Source: Coniocarpon cinnabarinum (lineage: Eukaryota). From it: a stretch of DNA of 64,000 nucleotides. The notes under the pieces were generated by a model. That model searched no databases, had not been told where the DNA came from, and was given only the letters and a program-made list of their open reading frames with translations. Location: assembly GCA_051942205.1 (NCBI GenBank), contig JAVECO010000134.1:1-64000 (forward strand), in the 5' to 3' direction. Below, one piece after another: positions 38,001 through 51,124 of this stretch. Positions within the stretch are counted from its first letter, which is position 1. Each line of letters starts with the position of its first letter. The position numbers were made by a program, and so were the translations under genes.

Positions 38001-38342
38001 GTTGCTGACACGGAATGGCCCTGGGTGGCGCTGGAAGCTCTAAGAACCGGGCTTACAGCATCGAAACTTCTGCCACCCGGCGAATGCTTTATCGTGGAGC
38101 GGAAGGCAGTCCTGCAGAGGTTCGCCTTCACCGAGGCGGCTCCTTCGTTTCCAGCCGGTTCGCAAGTCAATTCGATGCAACAAGCCAAAAGTTTTAAACC
38201 GGCCTCTCACATACGTGTCATACATGTTAAAGACGTGGCAAGACGGTTTGTGGAGCTCAGATTCCAGAGCAGCATGTTTCTGGACCACATGCCGAGCAGA
38301 TATGAAAAGATACTAGAGGCTCTCGAGGGAGGAGTGGCCTAG
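35017..38342 (+). CDS. Lipase class 3 family protein (diacylglycerol-lipase-like), intron from 35323
   Basis: FSLAAYG, VVLTCRGTLGFEDVLID, VHKGML, CGHSLGG nucleophile elbow, YAYGP, DVVPYLSLG, MFLDHMP. Confidence 0.9.
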
Positions 38343-38736
38343 TCGCGGTGATTGAGCATTGTCATGAGTATGAAGATATGAAGTCACGAAGATTGCACAA
38401 AGCATCAAGCAGTGAAGAAAAGGAAGACGTCGAGTAGTCCGTTTGAGGCGTGCCGTATTTGCATAATGATACCCCAAGGCACAGAGTAGTTACAATAGAT
38501 TAAATGGCATCCTCTACGCAAGGCTTTTATCAATGCTTGATCGAGTTTGTGCTGAGCCATGAAGCGAAACAACTCGCTCGAGCTGTCAAGAGATAGGCAT
38601 TACGGAATATGTATTATCCGGTAAGACATGATTGGCTGTTCACAACCCACACTCAGCAGACGTCAGACCACGATATTGAACAGCTTTCTACAGCCACATT
38701 CAAAGTCCAGCATCGACACCGCGCAATCTCGTCAAG

Positions 38737-39573
38737 ATGCGAACGTACGACGATACGTTCTCCGGCCAGAGGATCTACCCTGGAAAGGTGCGCACCGACT
38801 ACCCTGCGTCCATGGTGCGCGCAAACAGACCACGCAAGAGATGCTCAGCCACATGCAATCCGAGAATGAGACTTTGGATCCAGTACTGCCGTGGCTTCTG
38901 TCACCCACTGAGAGCGTCGCAGTCTGTCTAGCAGTCGTGGTTCTGTGGCTGCATCCGCGCATGAAAACAGTCCACTCGAGTGCACGGCACATATCCAGAA
39001 GTTGGGCTGACAATCCGTTCTTTGTACAGGGCAAACTCTACGTCCGTGGCGATAGCAAAATCTTCCGCTTCCAAAATGGCAAATCCGAATCGCTTTTCCT
39101 TCAACGCAAAAACCCGCGCCGTATAGCATGGACGGTCCTTTTCCGACGAGCACACAAGAAGGGTATTTCAGAGGTATGGCCCCGCTCACATCAAAATCTC
39201 AACGCCATTACACCAATCCTGTCCTTCCTTCCTCAATCGATACTATTAGGAAAAGAATGAAATCTGACCAATCAAACAGGAAGTCGCCAAGAAACGCACC
39301 CGTCACCACAAGAAGGCCTTCCGTGGTGTGGTCGGCGCCTCTGCGGAAGTAATCAAAGAGAAGCGCTCAATGCGTCCCGAAGCCCGTAAAGCGGCCATCG
39401 ATCAAGCCAAGGAAAAGGCTAAGGCGGCGAAGCGAGATAGCGAGGCAAAGAAGAAGCAGGAGAAGGCGAAGACCGCGGCGAAGTCTGCGGCGGGGCAAAC
39501 GAGGGGGAACGTGGTGCCGAAGCTGGGGGCCAAGGGTGGTGGTGGCGGTGGTGGCAAGGGGAAGGGACGGTAG
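38737..39573 (+). CDS. RPL24: 60S ribosomal protein L24 (eL24), exons 38737-38787, 39030-39173, 39280-39573
   Basis: [71 protein letters not shown]. Confidence 0.96.
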
Positions 39574-39991
39574 ATCATATGGCTGTGAATGGATGGATGG
39601 GAAGCAGCATGCGCTTTGCCTTTGCATCTTGGTGCGGATGATGTGCAAGGTCGATGTGGGTCTGGGATAATGACTCTGATAGGTACGAAGCGACTACGAG
39701 GCCATAGTGGTGACAAAGGGGCCTTTCGAGGTTAGTCGTTAGCCTTTTGTTAGCTTTAGTTAGCTAGATCATACACACGCGCCCAGAGCATTCCTGTCAC
39801 CTCACTTCCCGCATTCGATACGGATGGAACCAGATTACCGAGCATAATGAAGCATCAGTCAAGCGAAGTTGCCGTATATTCTACCTCGCCTAGTTTACAA
39901 CTATCGATCAGAACCCATAACCCAGTGGAAGTTCGATCCCCTGCAAATGACCTTCAACCTGCAGCCGAGCTGTCTCTGACATCGAGCGCAT

Positions 39992-40368
39992 CTACGGCTT
40001 GTTGTCCTCATCTGCCAGAGCCAATGTGTCAGCGACTCTCAGACGTGCCAGCTCCAATACGTACGCTTTTCGCAATACCGACTCCCCATCACGGCCATCT
40101 TGCTGCATTTTTGACAGCGCTCTGGTGCCGCGAGCAGCCGCGGCGCTGGACCTTGACGTTTGGGTTTGCTCCCTTGGGGTGAGCCTGGCGGCGTGCTGTT
40201 CTTTGTGTGGAACAGGTGATGTTTGGATGTGCTCTCTTGGGGCGAGGTTTCTGGCGTGCTCTTCTTGCTGGTGAACGGTCCCTTCATGGCTCTTTCGACG
40301 CGATGAGCAATGCCATCTTTTGTGTTGGAGGTGGAAGCGGTCGAGTTGGATGGTTCGTGGGAGCTCAT
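39992..40368 (-). CDS. Small basic protein (~107 aa) with a C-terminal C-x2-C-x9-C-x2-H Zn finger (intron 40012-40064)
   Basis: gccATG start; ...RCQKCSKMAVMGSRYCEK-H-EDNKP* after splicing gtacgt..gctgac..gcag. Paralogue at 41864-42151. Confidence 0.75.
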
Positions 40369-41863
40369 GGCTTGTAGTGACTATAAGTGCGGATTGTCGA
40401 ATGGTGCTTGAGTTAGGTGCTTTTGATGTTGTTGGATTGGTGATTTGGTTGCTATTGCAGCACATGAGGATGCATCGCACAAGATATATGTATATACAGT
40501 ACTCATTGACAAGATTGACAAGTTACAATGGATGACGGGCGAAGGAGCCAAGCTGGCAAATCTGCATTCTGTAGGGATGACGAAGTGTTCAAACTAGGCG
40601 TCATCGTGTTCCACCCTGATGCAGCTTCACCAATGTCTGCGGCAACTCTAAGTGAGTGCCTCACAGCAGCCGCACCCAAGCCAGTGGGGACGTGTCTAGG
40701 ACTGTGTGGCTCTGTAGTGATTAGGCACACTTGGTAAGTTCGAGCGTTGACGGCAGCAAACGACCGAGATGAATCCACTTAGAAAGTGAACAGACTGTAC
40801 AGGGCCAGGCCAACACGGAGATCGGCTGTATCCTGACCATGGCAAACGCGGCCTTGGGCTGCCACGGGATATGCAAGCTGGTGTGATTGAGGACAGAATG
40901 CGGATTGTGTAGAGTCTGTGGTACAAACAGGATCAACGTGTTCTTTTGCCTACTGATGTATGACTTTTTCTGAGACAAATGAGGCACAGGGATTCACAAC
41001 AATCCTCGCCGGAAAAGCCGAGAGAATGACGTTGTGAGTAGTATAGAGTTTTGAACGTACAAGTGAGTCGGCTTTAACGTCAATACAGGGTGGCAAGAGC
41101 AAGTGTGGCGTAGCCAATGCGGCGCAGCGAGAACAAATTCTGTGTAGACATTTCAAACGCATCCAGGCTTTTTTGTAATCTCTCAGACACGTAAACAAAG
41201 GAAACCCGCTCCGTTTCCGGGGAGAGTCGTCTTTCTCCTGGCAACGGCGTAATTAGCTTACGGTGCCGCATTCATGCGTTTTCAGTAGTAAGAATATCAT
41301 ACATCTCCCTTGTCCTCCAAATCTTTCATCCCGCCACTTCTATATTGTTTTCGACCTCTGTCACACGACGATGTGGTGAAAAATATCAGTCTAAGACTTG
41401 CGAGAGACCTACATTGCGTCTGCATCGTCGTCGTAGCAGTAGTAGTAGTTAAACGCCGACGAAACCACTAACCTATAGCAACGCGGGAGTGCTATATGCG
41501 GTAGACTACGCTGGATAAGCTACTAAGCTAATCTTCCTTTAATGGTTGTTGTTATGAGCAGAGGCTGCGGCATTTGCTGGGAGATGCGGTGATCCCTGGA
41601 GGACATAGCCGGCGGCATATACGTCCCTTGCAGTGATTACGACGTTACTATCCCGGCAAGAGAGGACGAGCACCTGAGTATCACGACTTCTAGTGTAAAC
41701 AATCATCACCTTGACACAGAATACGCAGGTATGATAGGCACAGTTGCCTACAAGCATGACGGACCAGCCGCCATTTCATTTCTTTCTTGCTATCCAGAGC
41801 GTGAGACGGTCTCGCACTAGACTGTTGGGCTCATGTTGGAGCGAATTGGATGCTTCGCTGCGT

Positions 41864-42151
41864 CTATGCGTCTGTGAAAGCCAGCAAATTAGTTGATGCC
41901 AAGCTTCTCAGTCATGGGTACTTACGATCTTTGCAATAGCGAGAACCACTCAGCGCCCAATTGTTACACCCATCTTTTACGCAACGGATCGCTGGTGCAG
42001 GCATTGTTGAATGAGGCAGACCCTGCGGCGCTCCCTTGTTTCTCGTAAAGGGCTTCTTGATTGCTCTTCCGATTCGACGAGGGATCGATATTCCACTCGA
42101 ATTGCTGTGCACAGAGGAGGCCGGGCTAGATGAGGAACTGAAAAAGCTCAT
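41864..42151 (-). CDS. Small basic protein (~77 aa) with a C-terminal C-x4-C-x9-C-x2-H Zn finger (intron 41872-41925)
   Basis: aacATG start; ...RCVKDGCNNWALSGSRYCKD-H-A* after splicing gtaagt..actaat..acag. Confidence 0.75.
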
Positions 42152-42934
42152 GTTGAATAGTCTTCAGGCGTCTGGGATGTGAAAGTAATGGAAAGAGTTG
42201 TGTCGATCGATGGTGAGAATGTTTGCTGAGGGGTTTAGATTGATAGTCAGTGGTACGAAGTGGCCAAGGTTGATATAGGTGCATCACGGCGGAGAAGATC
42301 ACGTATGCCACGTGTAACAGAGGCGAACTGACACCTTTGAGGTCCATCGTGATAGAAGATGTGTTCATTAAGGCCTCGTCATGTTTCATACCCAAAACAG
42401 CTTTACCCACCCATCGCAGCTCGTGCTAAGGAGCGTCTCAGGGGCGTCCGATAGCGTGTTTCATTTCACTGGTTCAGATTGAGTAGATCTGCGGCGGTCC
42501 GATCTGCCGAGCATTTCTAGCATTCATACAAGGGGCAGGACGAACAGAAAGCATACCAGCGCATGTCAAATCACATTAAGGATCGTCAAGCAGCTCAGTC
42601 AACATCTCACATGACCAACTCCACTACTCACCGTGTGTCCGAAGCTATTCTGAACTGACATTTCTATCGATGAGGAGCATGTTGAGAACCGTTGCGGAAA
42701 TCGTGCCACACGCGAAACTGAAATGAAACATGATGCTCTGGTGCAAGACAATCACCTACGTGTTGACGCGCAATGTTGCGGAAGAAACGGCGACGTAGCA
42801 ATGTCCTGCGGCTAGAGCGGCGCATCGTCAGGCTATGGTGTTTTCCCGCATACCACTGGACATAATGTGGTGAAAGGGGATTGACAACGAGTCCTAAGGG
42901 CGTAGCAAGGCATAGAGAGGCTTGGAAGGCACAG

Positions 42935-43000
42935 GAAGGCGTGGGAGGCGTAGGAGGCGTAAGAGGCGTAGGAGGCGTGAGAGAAGCAAGGGGCGTGAGA
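42935..43000. repeat. 9-bp purine-rich microsatellite (ggaggcgta-like) upstream of the APH gene
   Basis: gaaggcgtg ggaggcgta ggaggcgta agaggcgta ggaggcgtg. Confidence 0.7.
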
Positions 43001-43223
43001 GGTATAGTAAGTGACGAGTAATCGATAGAGTGTACCTTGGGAAACGCGACAGAAATAGGTCATGACCAGGCACAGAAGCAGATCCACTGTTAGATGTTAG
43101 ACGGTCACGTGGCTGCGCCTCATTCATGCATTGCCCACGACTGAGTTTTCTTCCATACATCTGCCTGACCCTTCAAACGTTTTCTTTCTTCATCCTGCGC
43201 TGCTCACCAGGGCACTGTGTACG

Positions 43224-44637
43224 ATGTCGATGTGGAATTGCGATTTTCAAGGTTGCAAGAGATTAGCAGTGCGCACTGAAGGAAATTGTGCGTTATGTGA
43301 CAAGCATCTCTGCTCGAGTCATTTACGAGATGCCTTTCACACTTGTCCCAAATGGGAAGTAAGTCTTTTGAAAAGCTATTAGAATACAGAGCCATGCTGA
43401 AGTAGAACAGGATGAGCACGCATATGACTCGGCCTCACATAACGCTCTAAAGCGAGAATTGAACGAATTAATTGGTAAAGTGAATACAGATGCACTCGCT
43501 GCACGCGCGAGGCACCTTCGCCATGGAGTTCCGTGCTCGATACCCGCTCTCCGGGATGGAGATGTTGTTGACAAATCTCTCATGGGTGGTATGAACTACC
43601 ACGTGGAGATACTTTTCGACGATGGAGTCACATGGCTGGCGCGGATCCGGAGATACAACACCAGCTGTCCACCTCCAAAGATACGAGACTATATGATACA
43701 AAGCGAAGTAGCAACCTTACGCTTTCTTGAGAAGACTAAAGTTCCGGTTCCTAAGGTCTACGACTTTGCTCTCGAACATCACAGTCATTCGATCGGCGTA
43801 GGCTACATTCTAATGGAGAAGCTACCTGGAAAGCCTCTCAGCTGGTCTTCTGAAATGACTCATCAGCAGAAGCATTGGATCATGAGCCAGGTCGCAGATA
43901 TTTTGATAGAGCTGCGAAAATACGAATTCAATAGTATGGGATCTCTTGACGGACAGTCTGAGCTTCACGTCGGACCCTTTGCTCATGAATCGATGCACGG
44001 GTTGAATGCACAGGCGGCGGGGCCTTTCCAAACAGTCCAGGAATGCCGTCACGCTGAGCTACAAATGGTCCTGCGCGCAATCGCTCGGGACGAAATGTAT
44101 GTACAGCAGCCCGTAGACGCTTACCTCGTCCATCGATTTTTGCTTGATGTGCTATCCCACTTACTACCACCACGCAACGGAATCTTTTTGAAGCACGCAG
44201 ATGATAAAGGGGACCACATCATGGTTGACGATGACTACAACATTACTGGTATTGTCGACTGGGAGTGGGCATACACCACCTCCGCAGCTCTTGCATTCAA
44301 ATCTCCCCAAGCGTTCTTGCCGGTGGCGGACTTCTACAATGGATCGACAGACATTGGTGATGACGAACGTTCCTTTGCTAGCATTTTGGAAGCAAAGGGA
44401 AGTACTGAGCTGGCCCAGTGTGTCCGAAATGGCCGCCTGCAGCATTTCTATGAGTTTTGCAGTCAGTACACTTTCAGTTGGGACTGGGATGGCTTTCAGG
44501 GGCTCTTTCGTGGGCTGAGAGATGCCTTGCGTATTGATGCTGGCTTAGATTGGGAAAGCTGGAAGAAAGTTGCATTGGATCGGTACAGTGACGACAAGGA
44601 TTTGCAGCTTGTCATGTCGAAATCGAGGAAGGATTAA
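43224..44637 (+). CDS. Aminoglycoside-phosphotransferase/kinase-like protein with an N-terminal Cys/His Zn finger (intron 43359-43410)
   Basis: CDFQGC...CALCDKHLCSSH....HTC; MGGMNYH, WLARIR, SEVATLRFL..T.VPVPKVY, YILMEKLPG, LKHADDKGDHIMVD..YNITGIVDWEWA. Confidence 0.88.
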
Positions 44638-45627
44638 ACAAAGTAACAGTTGACCGAAGCTTCGAAGCAGGTTGCAAGGAAGCAGAAGAGCGGGCACCGA
44701 CTTTGATGCTAATGCTAAACGTTTCGAGCGTATGCCACACGAGACGGACTGTGAGGAGTAGGTCTGCTCGGATGAGGTGAGCTGTATTAAAGCGGTCAGA
44801 CTGGCATGTTAAGATCATCTCAAAATTGTTCTATTTCTGTGTGACACCGGCCAGCCAGGATGCTCGGAGACTTCGGCAGACATGCACGCACGCAGGTGAC
44901 TGTATTGGTGTTAAATTCTAAGGCCATTACTGCTGAACGCCCAAGTGTGAGGGGATTAGGACAAGTCAGAGCATTCAGTCACGATTCATTGCTTAAAAGG
45001 AAGAAGGCAGATTTCGACGTAATAGCAGCACATCATTTCCCTTTTTAGTGGCTAGGCTGACACGACCTCGCTCGGCTTCCGGAGTTCCCACATACAGTGC
45101 CTAACGTGTGCACAGGTATTCTTTTCTCCTGCCGTTTGCACATCTTTGGTACTGGACAGGATGATTGGGATCGCGAGCTCCCGCCTTCCAATGATATGCA
45201 TGATGACGATCCAGTTGCCATCCAGATCTTTGTTGCGAACGGCAAGCATGCACAACAGCCTTACTGAAATCCTTGCGTGGCCCGTAGAATGGTATGTTCA
45301 CAGAGCAGGCTTCTTCGCCTTTGAAGTCGCTTCTACACCCACTCGAAAACAGACATCGCATGTGAGGGATCGAGTGCTAGCGATGTGTTGAAGGTCGGAA
45401 TCGTCCAACCGGATTGGAGCGTCCATCTCAGCCGCCTCCAGCTGCAGGGTCATTGCGCGTGACGCAAAGATCCTGTCACCCTAGTTGCCTTGCTCTGGAT
45501 TCATATTTCGCTGCGTTTGCGCTGTCTCAGACTTCCTTTACACGCCTGCAACGCCAACCATTGAGGCCAGTGCTCTTCCCAAATTGCGCTCTTGCAGCGT
45601 GAAATGTAGATGCGCTGAGTGCGCAAG

Positions 45628-47107
45628 ATGACCTACGCCAATGTGGGAAGTGTCATTGCCATCAGCGTACTATTTCCCGTCGTGGGCGCCTCCGCTCTAC
45701 TTGCGCGTGCACATTCGAGGCGCTTAAAGAAGACCTCATTTGGCACGGATGGCATTTTGTGTGCCTTGGCCTGGGTATGGCTTCGTGTCTCGGAGAAGTA
45801 TCACATTGGCTGATGCCGCGGCAGTTGCTTGTGACGGGCTGTGCGATATGCATGCTCATTGGTATATTGAACAGGAAAATTTGTTATGACAGCATAAAGT
45901 GTCAAACTCATGTGCATAGGCGTCTCGCAAAAGTCTTTGGGCCACCACTCTTCCACCAATAACTTGAATATTGACCAGGTCGTCCAATTGAACAAGGTAG
46001 GAGTACTGGCTCTCGATGCAATGGCTATGATTCGCGGTTAACCACCCACAGACCCAGCTTGCTTTCAACTTCTTGTGGATCATTGGCGTATCTCTAGTAA
46101 AATTGTCTTTCTTGTTTTTCTACAAGCGAATATTTCGTGGACGCATGTTCGTGGTGGTCAACTGGTCACTCATCATACTTGTCGTGGCGTGGTGGATTGT
46201 GATGCTCTGCTTGCAGATCTTCCCTTGTGGACGACATGTGGACGATGTTTGGTCTCCGACGCCTCCGTATCTGCAAAAACATTGCATAGACACGCTGTCG
46301 ATGTTCTTCGGCAACGCCCTCAGCAGTTGCATCATCGATATTTTGATATTGGCTTTACCGATACCACTCGTAAGTCACTGCAATCGTTGAGTAGATGCTA
46401 CTTGAGGCCGGTCACTAACAAACCAAATTCTAGGTCTGGAGATTGCATATGCCGTGGCGTCAAAAGCTGATGGTTTGCTTCGTCTTCGCCCTCGGGAGTT
46501 TGTATGTTCAGTGACATGTCTCCAATTCTGACATGTGGTTGCAAAAGCGAGAGAAAGCAGCTGACACAGGACGGCCAGATCCATCATCGCAGCCGCGTTT
46601 CGTCTCGCCATGTATGCGGGCATCTGGGCTGCAGTGACGCAGCACAAGCAGACTCACGTGCTTGGGACACTTTGGGACGATGATTTCGGTTCGTCGAGCC
46701 CATCGGATGCAGCGTCCACATAAAATATTGCACACTGACCCATGGCAGGTATCGCAACACAATTAGTGTTCTGGTCCATGATCGAATTAGGCATTGCGCA
46801 AACTGCGTGCTGCCTTCCTTCCCTCAGGCCTTTATTTGATCGCGTCTCAGTAGAGAGCATGCTCTCCGCCCTTCGTAGCAAACCCTCACTGTCATTCTTC
46901 AGGCCATTACCATCCGACAGCTCTCAGGTGCCTTCGCGAAACGGTCGAGGATCTCCTCAGCCATCCATCGACCTGGGGATTCTGGAGCAAGGCTCGTCTC
47001 ATTTGATGTCAAGTGACCAAATGGCGCACTTTCAGAAACCTCAGCCTGGGCAGGTTGGGGTTAGGCGAGACATTGTAACATCCATTGACATTGTTCAGAG
47101 ACAGTAG
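45628..47107 (+). CDS. Second PTH11-like (rhodopsin-domain) membrane protein, multi-exon
   Basis: ARAHSRR..FGTDG.L, LVKLSFLFFYKRIF, IDILILALPIP, WSMIELGIAQTACCLPSLRPL. Internal exon limits are approximate. Confidence 0.82.
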
Positions 47108-48570
47108 ACACGCTCACGGAATTCAAAGCAATAGAGCGTGTGCAGGAGACTTGCCATAATTGCGAGCACACGCGCCAGAACACTCCGTCTTCTCTCTGAA
47201 GGGTCTCCGACTTTTTTGTCCTACAACGGCTTGCGATTCGTGTTCACACCTACAGCGCAATCCTCTGATTACAAGATACAGCCTGGAAGCACACCTTAGA
47301 AACTCACACCCGTGAAACTTATCAGACCCTTTTGGACGAGAAACGCACGTGGGACACGTCCTTGGCAGTTGTTGTATAACACATAGGCATTGACGGCAAC
47401 GTCTCCTGTCGAAGGGTGACGGCATGGAAGCTGGCCGTCGATCAGTTTCAGCTGTCCCGGTGTCCGTTGCCAAACGAAGCGAAATCTACGTCATGGTACA
47501 GAGTACCTAGGTACTTACCTGCGCGCAAAGCGGAGGTATGTATGAGCATCCATACCTGTGGCATGTAATGCCCACGTCAGCCTTCATTCTAGCACTCGAC
47601 GGTCCTACACAATGCAGCGACGTGGAGTTTGTCCGTATATTGCAAATGCCCAGCATGCTTACAGTAGTACGGCATGCAGGAAAGGCGCTGTCGTGAGCCT
47701 TTGAGCGGGTCGCGGGATATTGCCATGACCCGCGAGCGAGGCAGAAACCGGCACGCTGGGTGTGCACTGTGTGCCGTGTTGCATAAGGAGTCTTGCAATT
47801 TGAGAGCTCGCACAAATGTGATGGCGTGTACAGCTAGCAGGGATACATCGTAGTATAGGCGCTATACTCATTACAGAGTTTGTCCCCACTCGAAGTCACC
47901 TTCTTTCTTCATTTTCAGCGCTTCTACTCTGGTATACGTTCGAGATATCAATAATCAATCTCCGCATTGTGTATCACAATTCCGCCTTACAAAGTTAAGT
48001 GGGAAGCCACTTCGCGGTGGCGCGTGCTTCAGCTTGTCTCTGATCTTTACGTATTCTGCCACAGGAATTTAGGTGCAATGTACCAGGCCATGTCCGCATG
48101 CAGGGTACTCCGGACTCCGGATTCGAGCAGTGAGATCAAGCTGCTCCAGAACAGGCGTGACAGGATGCCCCGCATGCGCTGCTCTTGACGCTTTTTGCAA
48201 GGCCAGTATCGAGACACTCACGCTGTCGTATTCAGTAAGTATCCAAAGCTCTGATACTAACTCGTATGATATTGTTGCCTTGTGGTGCTCTATTGCGCTA
48301 CCATGCGTGGAGGTCAACGTGGCTTGATTACTGTTTCCTCTGCCTTCGTTCAGCCAATCCTCGGGTGACGGAGGAATTTCACGTCGGTAGTCTTATTTTA
48401 TTTGTCGACAAGTTATTTCAGCACATCGAAGCAGAGCTTCATCGTCTGATTGTCACGTGTTGTAGCGACCTCGGTCATTTCAATCACCAACGACTACTGA
48501 GTAAATCCGTTATCATTCGAGCACAGCCCCGCTGCACTCCCTATCAATTCACGAGTAAGCAGACTGTGAC

Positions 48571-50568
48571 ATGTCTTCCAACCGCGCCAGTATCATAGAA
48601 GCGCTGCGAAACAGCGCCGCATCCCCTCACGTGTCACTGCCCGGGTCTGAGACCTACAACGCCACCGTATCCAGCTACTGGTCAAACCAAGAGAAGGAGG
48701 TCCGACCCACTTGCGTCATCCAGCCGACGTCTGTGTCTGTACTCGAGATAGCCATCAGCATCTTAGCACAGCGACAAGCGTCTTTTGCTGTTCGCGGTGG
48801 CGGCCACCAGACATGGCCTGGCAGCGCGAATGCCGAGGGCGGAGTGGTCGTGGACTTGAGTCGTTTTGATGAGATTTTTATGGATACTGAGGGTGATGAG
48901 GTCAAGGTCGGTGCAGGTGTGCGGTGGGGTCCGCTATATGACTATCTTAAGAAGAGAGGCCTGACGGTGGCGGGCGGACGAGTTGCAGCTCCCAGTGTGG
49001 TGGGCCTGGCACTTGGAGGTGAGTCATGCTCTGCGAGATGTCTCCTGTGTGGCTAGACTTGCTGTCGGCGACCAACCTCTCCTGGAGCGATCCATTTGGG
49101 ACAAATGGTGTCACAGCGCTCTGGATCTTTCCCTGGACGTCAGACTATCCGCTGGGGCAAAAAGAATTCTACTAATGATCCCGCCTTATACACCATGGTT
49201 CAAGAATCTGTCATGAGAGCAATGTCTAAGTATCGTGGATCGTGGTTGTGCTGCTCCTGTCTCGGTCGCTGACAATTACATCCCACGCAGGCGGTCTCTC
49301 TTACTTCAGCGCTAAAACAGGCTTCGTCTGTGACTCCGTCACGTCCTTCAACATCGTCCTCTACACCGGACGCTCCGTTTCAGCCTCTCCTCGAGCACTT
49401 CCGAAGCTATTCCAAGCCCTGAAAGGCGGGACCAACAACTTCGGGATTGTGACTTCCATAACCATGACCACGTTCCCGGACACTGACATCTGGGGTGGTT
49501 GTCTCGCGTATGACTACTCACATGTCGACGAGGTACTCACCGAGTTCTCTAGGATATTGGCTTCGTCGACAGGGGAGCAGGGCTCGTCGGAAAAGAGCTT
49601 TGACGAAAATGTCCACATGATTGCAAGTGCGGGATACGTGCAGCAATGGGATGCAAAGGGCGCGGGCGCGAGTCTGAAGTACACGGCGCCGGTGCAGAGC
49701 AAACCAAGAGTTTACGAGGGTTTTGGAGAGATTCCGAGAAGGAGCAATGCGGAAAGTGAAATTCGTTTGGCGCCGTTACAGGAGCATATGCTTGAGGAAG
49801 CGAGGTACACTGGTGGAGACATGCGGTATGTTCTTTCGGTTGCCTTTCTCAATCCTACCCCCTCTTTCATGTTGGAGTCCTTCACAGCTCGACAGACTCG
49901 CCTGTCTGAGGAGCCATATAACCCTTTGCAGGGGCAACAGCGCGCAATAAGCAAACACTACGCTAACGATAACCTCGAGACGGCTGTTCATCACGACGAC
50001 GTTCCAGAACGACGTATCCACGCTGCATCAAAGCAAGTCAATTTGGGAAAAATCAACACCAAATCTAAAGAACGTCAAAAGCCTCGTGAGCTCCATCTTC
50101 TACAATGCCGTACACCCATATGCTCTCCGTGCGTCAAATGCCCGTGGTCCAAACGCATTGGGTCTTGCACACTATTTAGACACGTCGAACCGCGCACTCA
50201 TCATCGCCACTGTCTCCATGTTCTGGGAAAAGAAAGAAGACGACCGACTCGTGGTCGAGAGCGCACGAGATACCATCAGAGAAATCGAGTATGTCGCGAA
50301 AGAGCAAGACTTGTATCATGGGTACAAGTTTGTCAATTACATGTGGAAGGGGCAGGACGTCATGCAGGGCCAGGTCGCGGAAACGCTTGCTCTACTGAAG
50401 CAGGTAAGGCAGGAGTATGATCCTCAGGGTACGGCAGCGGCACGCGTCCAGGGCACTTGGAGCTTTGATGATGAAGAGGAACCGGTCAAGAAGCCGAGCT
50501 TTGCGGCAAGCTCACTAAGCCGAATTTGTGGTGGGAGACTTTGCGGAAAAGCTGATGTACAAGATTAA
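48571..50568 (+). CDS. FAD-linked oxidoreductase (BBE/VAO-type FAD-binding PCMH domain), introns 49019-49290 and 49826-49979
   Basis: YWS.QE..RPTCVIQP, FAVRGGGH (covalent-FAD His), VGAGVRWG.LY, GGRV...GLALGGGLSYFS, LFQALKGGTNNFGIVT, FVNY...YDPQG. Confidence 0.9.
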
Positions 50569-51124
50569 AATGACATACAGATCTGGCGGATGTCTCTAGT
50601 GCCTGGCTTCTGGCATTCCTTGCAGACCGCAACGTATCTCTCAATTTTCCCGGCAATTGAAAGGTGCTATGGTACCTAGCTTTTGAGACCCAGGCACAGG
50701 TGGGCTATTTAGGATCAGCTTAGCGCTACCTTGTACTGTAGCATCTGACAGCAAAATCCCTCCTTGATTCTCAAGGTTCCTTTCTGGCGACGGGGAAGCC
50801 TCATGAATTGCAGAAGTCCACGTGTTTGTCTCAGCTTGGTGAAGATGGAATTTACCATTTTGGGATCACAGTTGTGGTGGGCAATATGCAGGCTGCGAAA
50901 TGCGACGTGGTATCATCACTCACGCCTACGTGCAACTGGCACAGCTGCAACACCAGACACTAGTTTTGGATTATGCATTACGACTTTCCATATCGCATCT
51001 GGTACCGATGTGGACCGCGTATTGGGCATGACCTTGCAGGGATACCAATGCTTGATTGCGCTTGAAGGTCGCTTGCCACTAGAGCGCAGACGCATCGACG
51101 ACCTCATTCTCTCTTCATTGCGCC

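Noticed and set aside
39900..39960. tRNA-like B-box GTTCGATCCC
   Set aside because: No T-stem pairing, A-box or cloverleaf.
43224..50568. Secondary-metabolite cluster (kinase, PTH11-like receptor, FAD oxidase)
   Set aside because: No PKS, NRPS, terpene or RiPP backbone gene and no transporter in the window.
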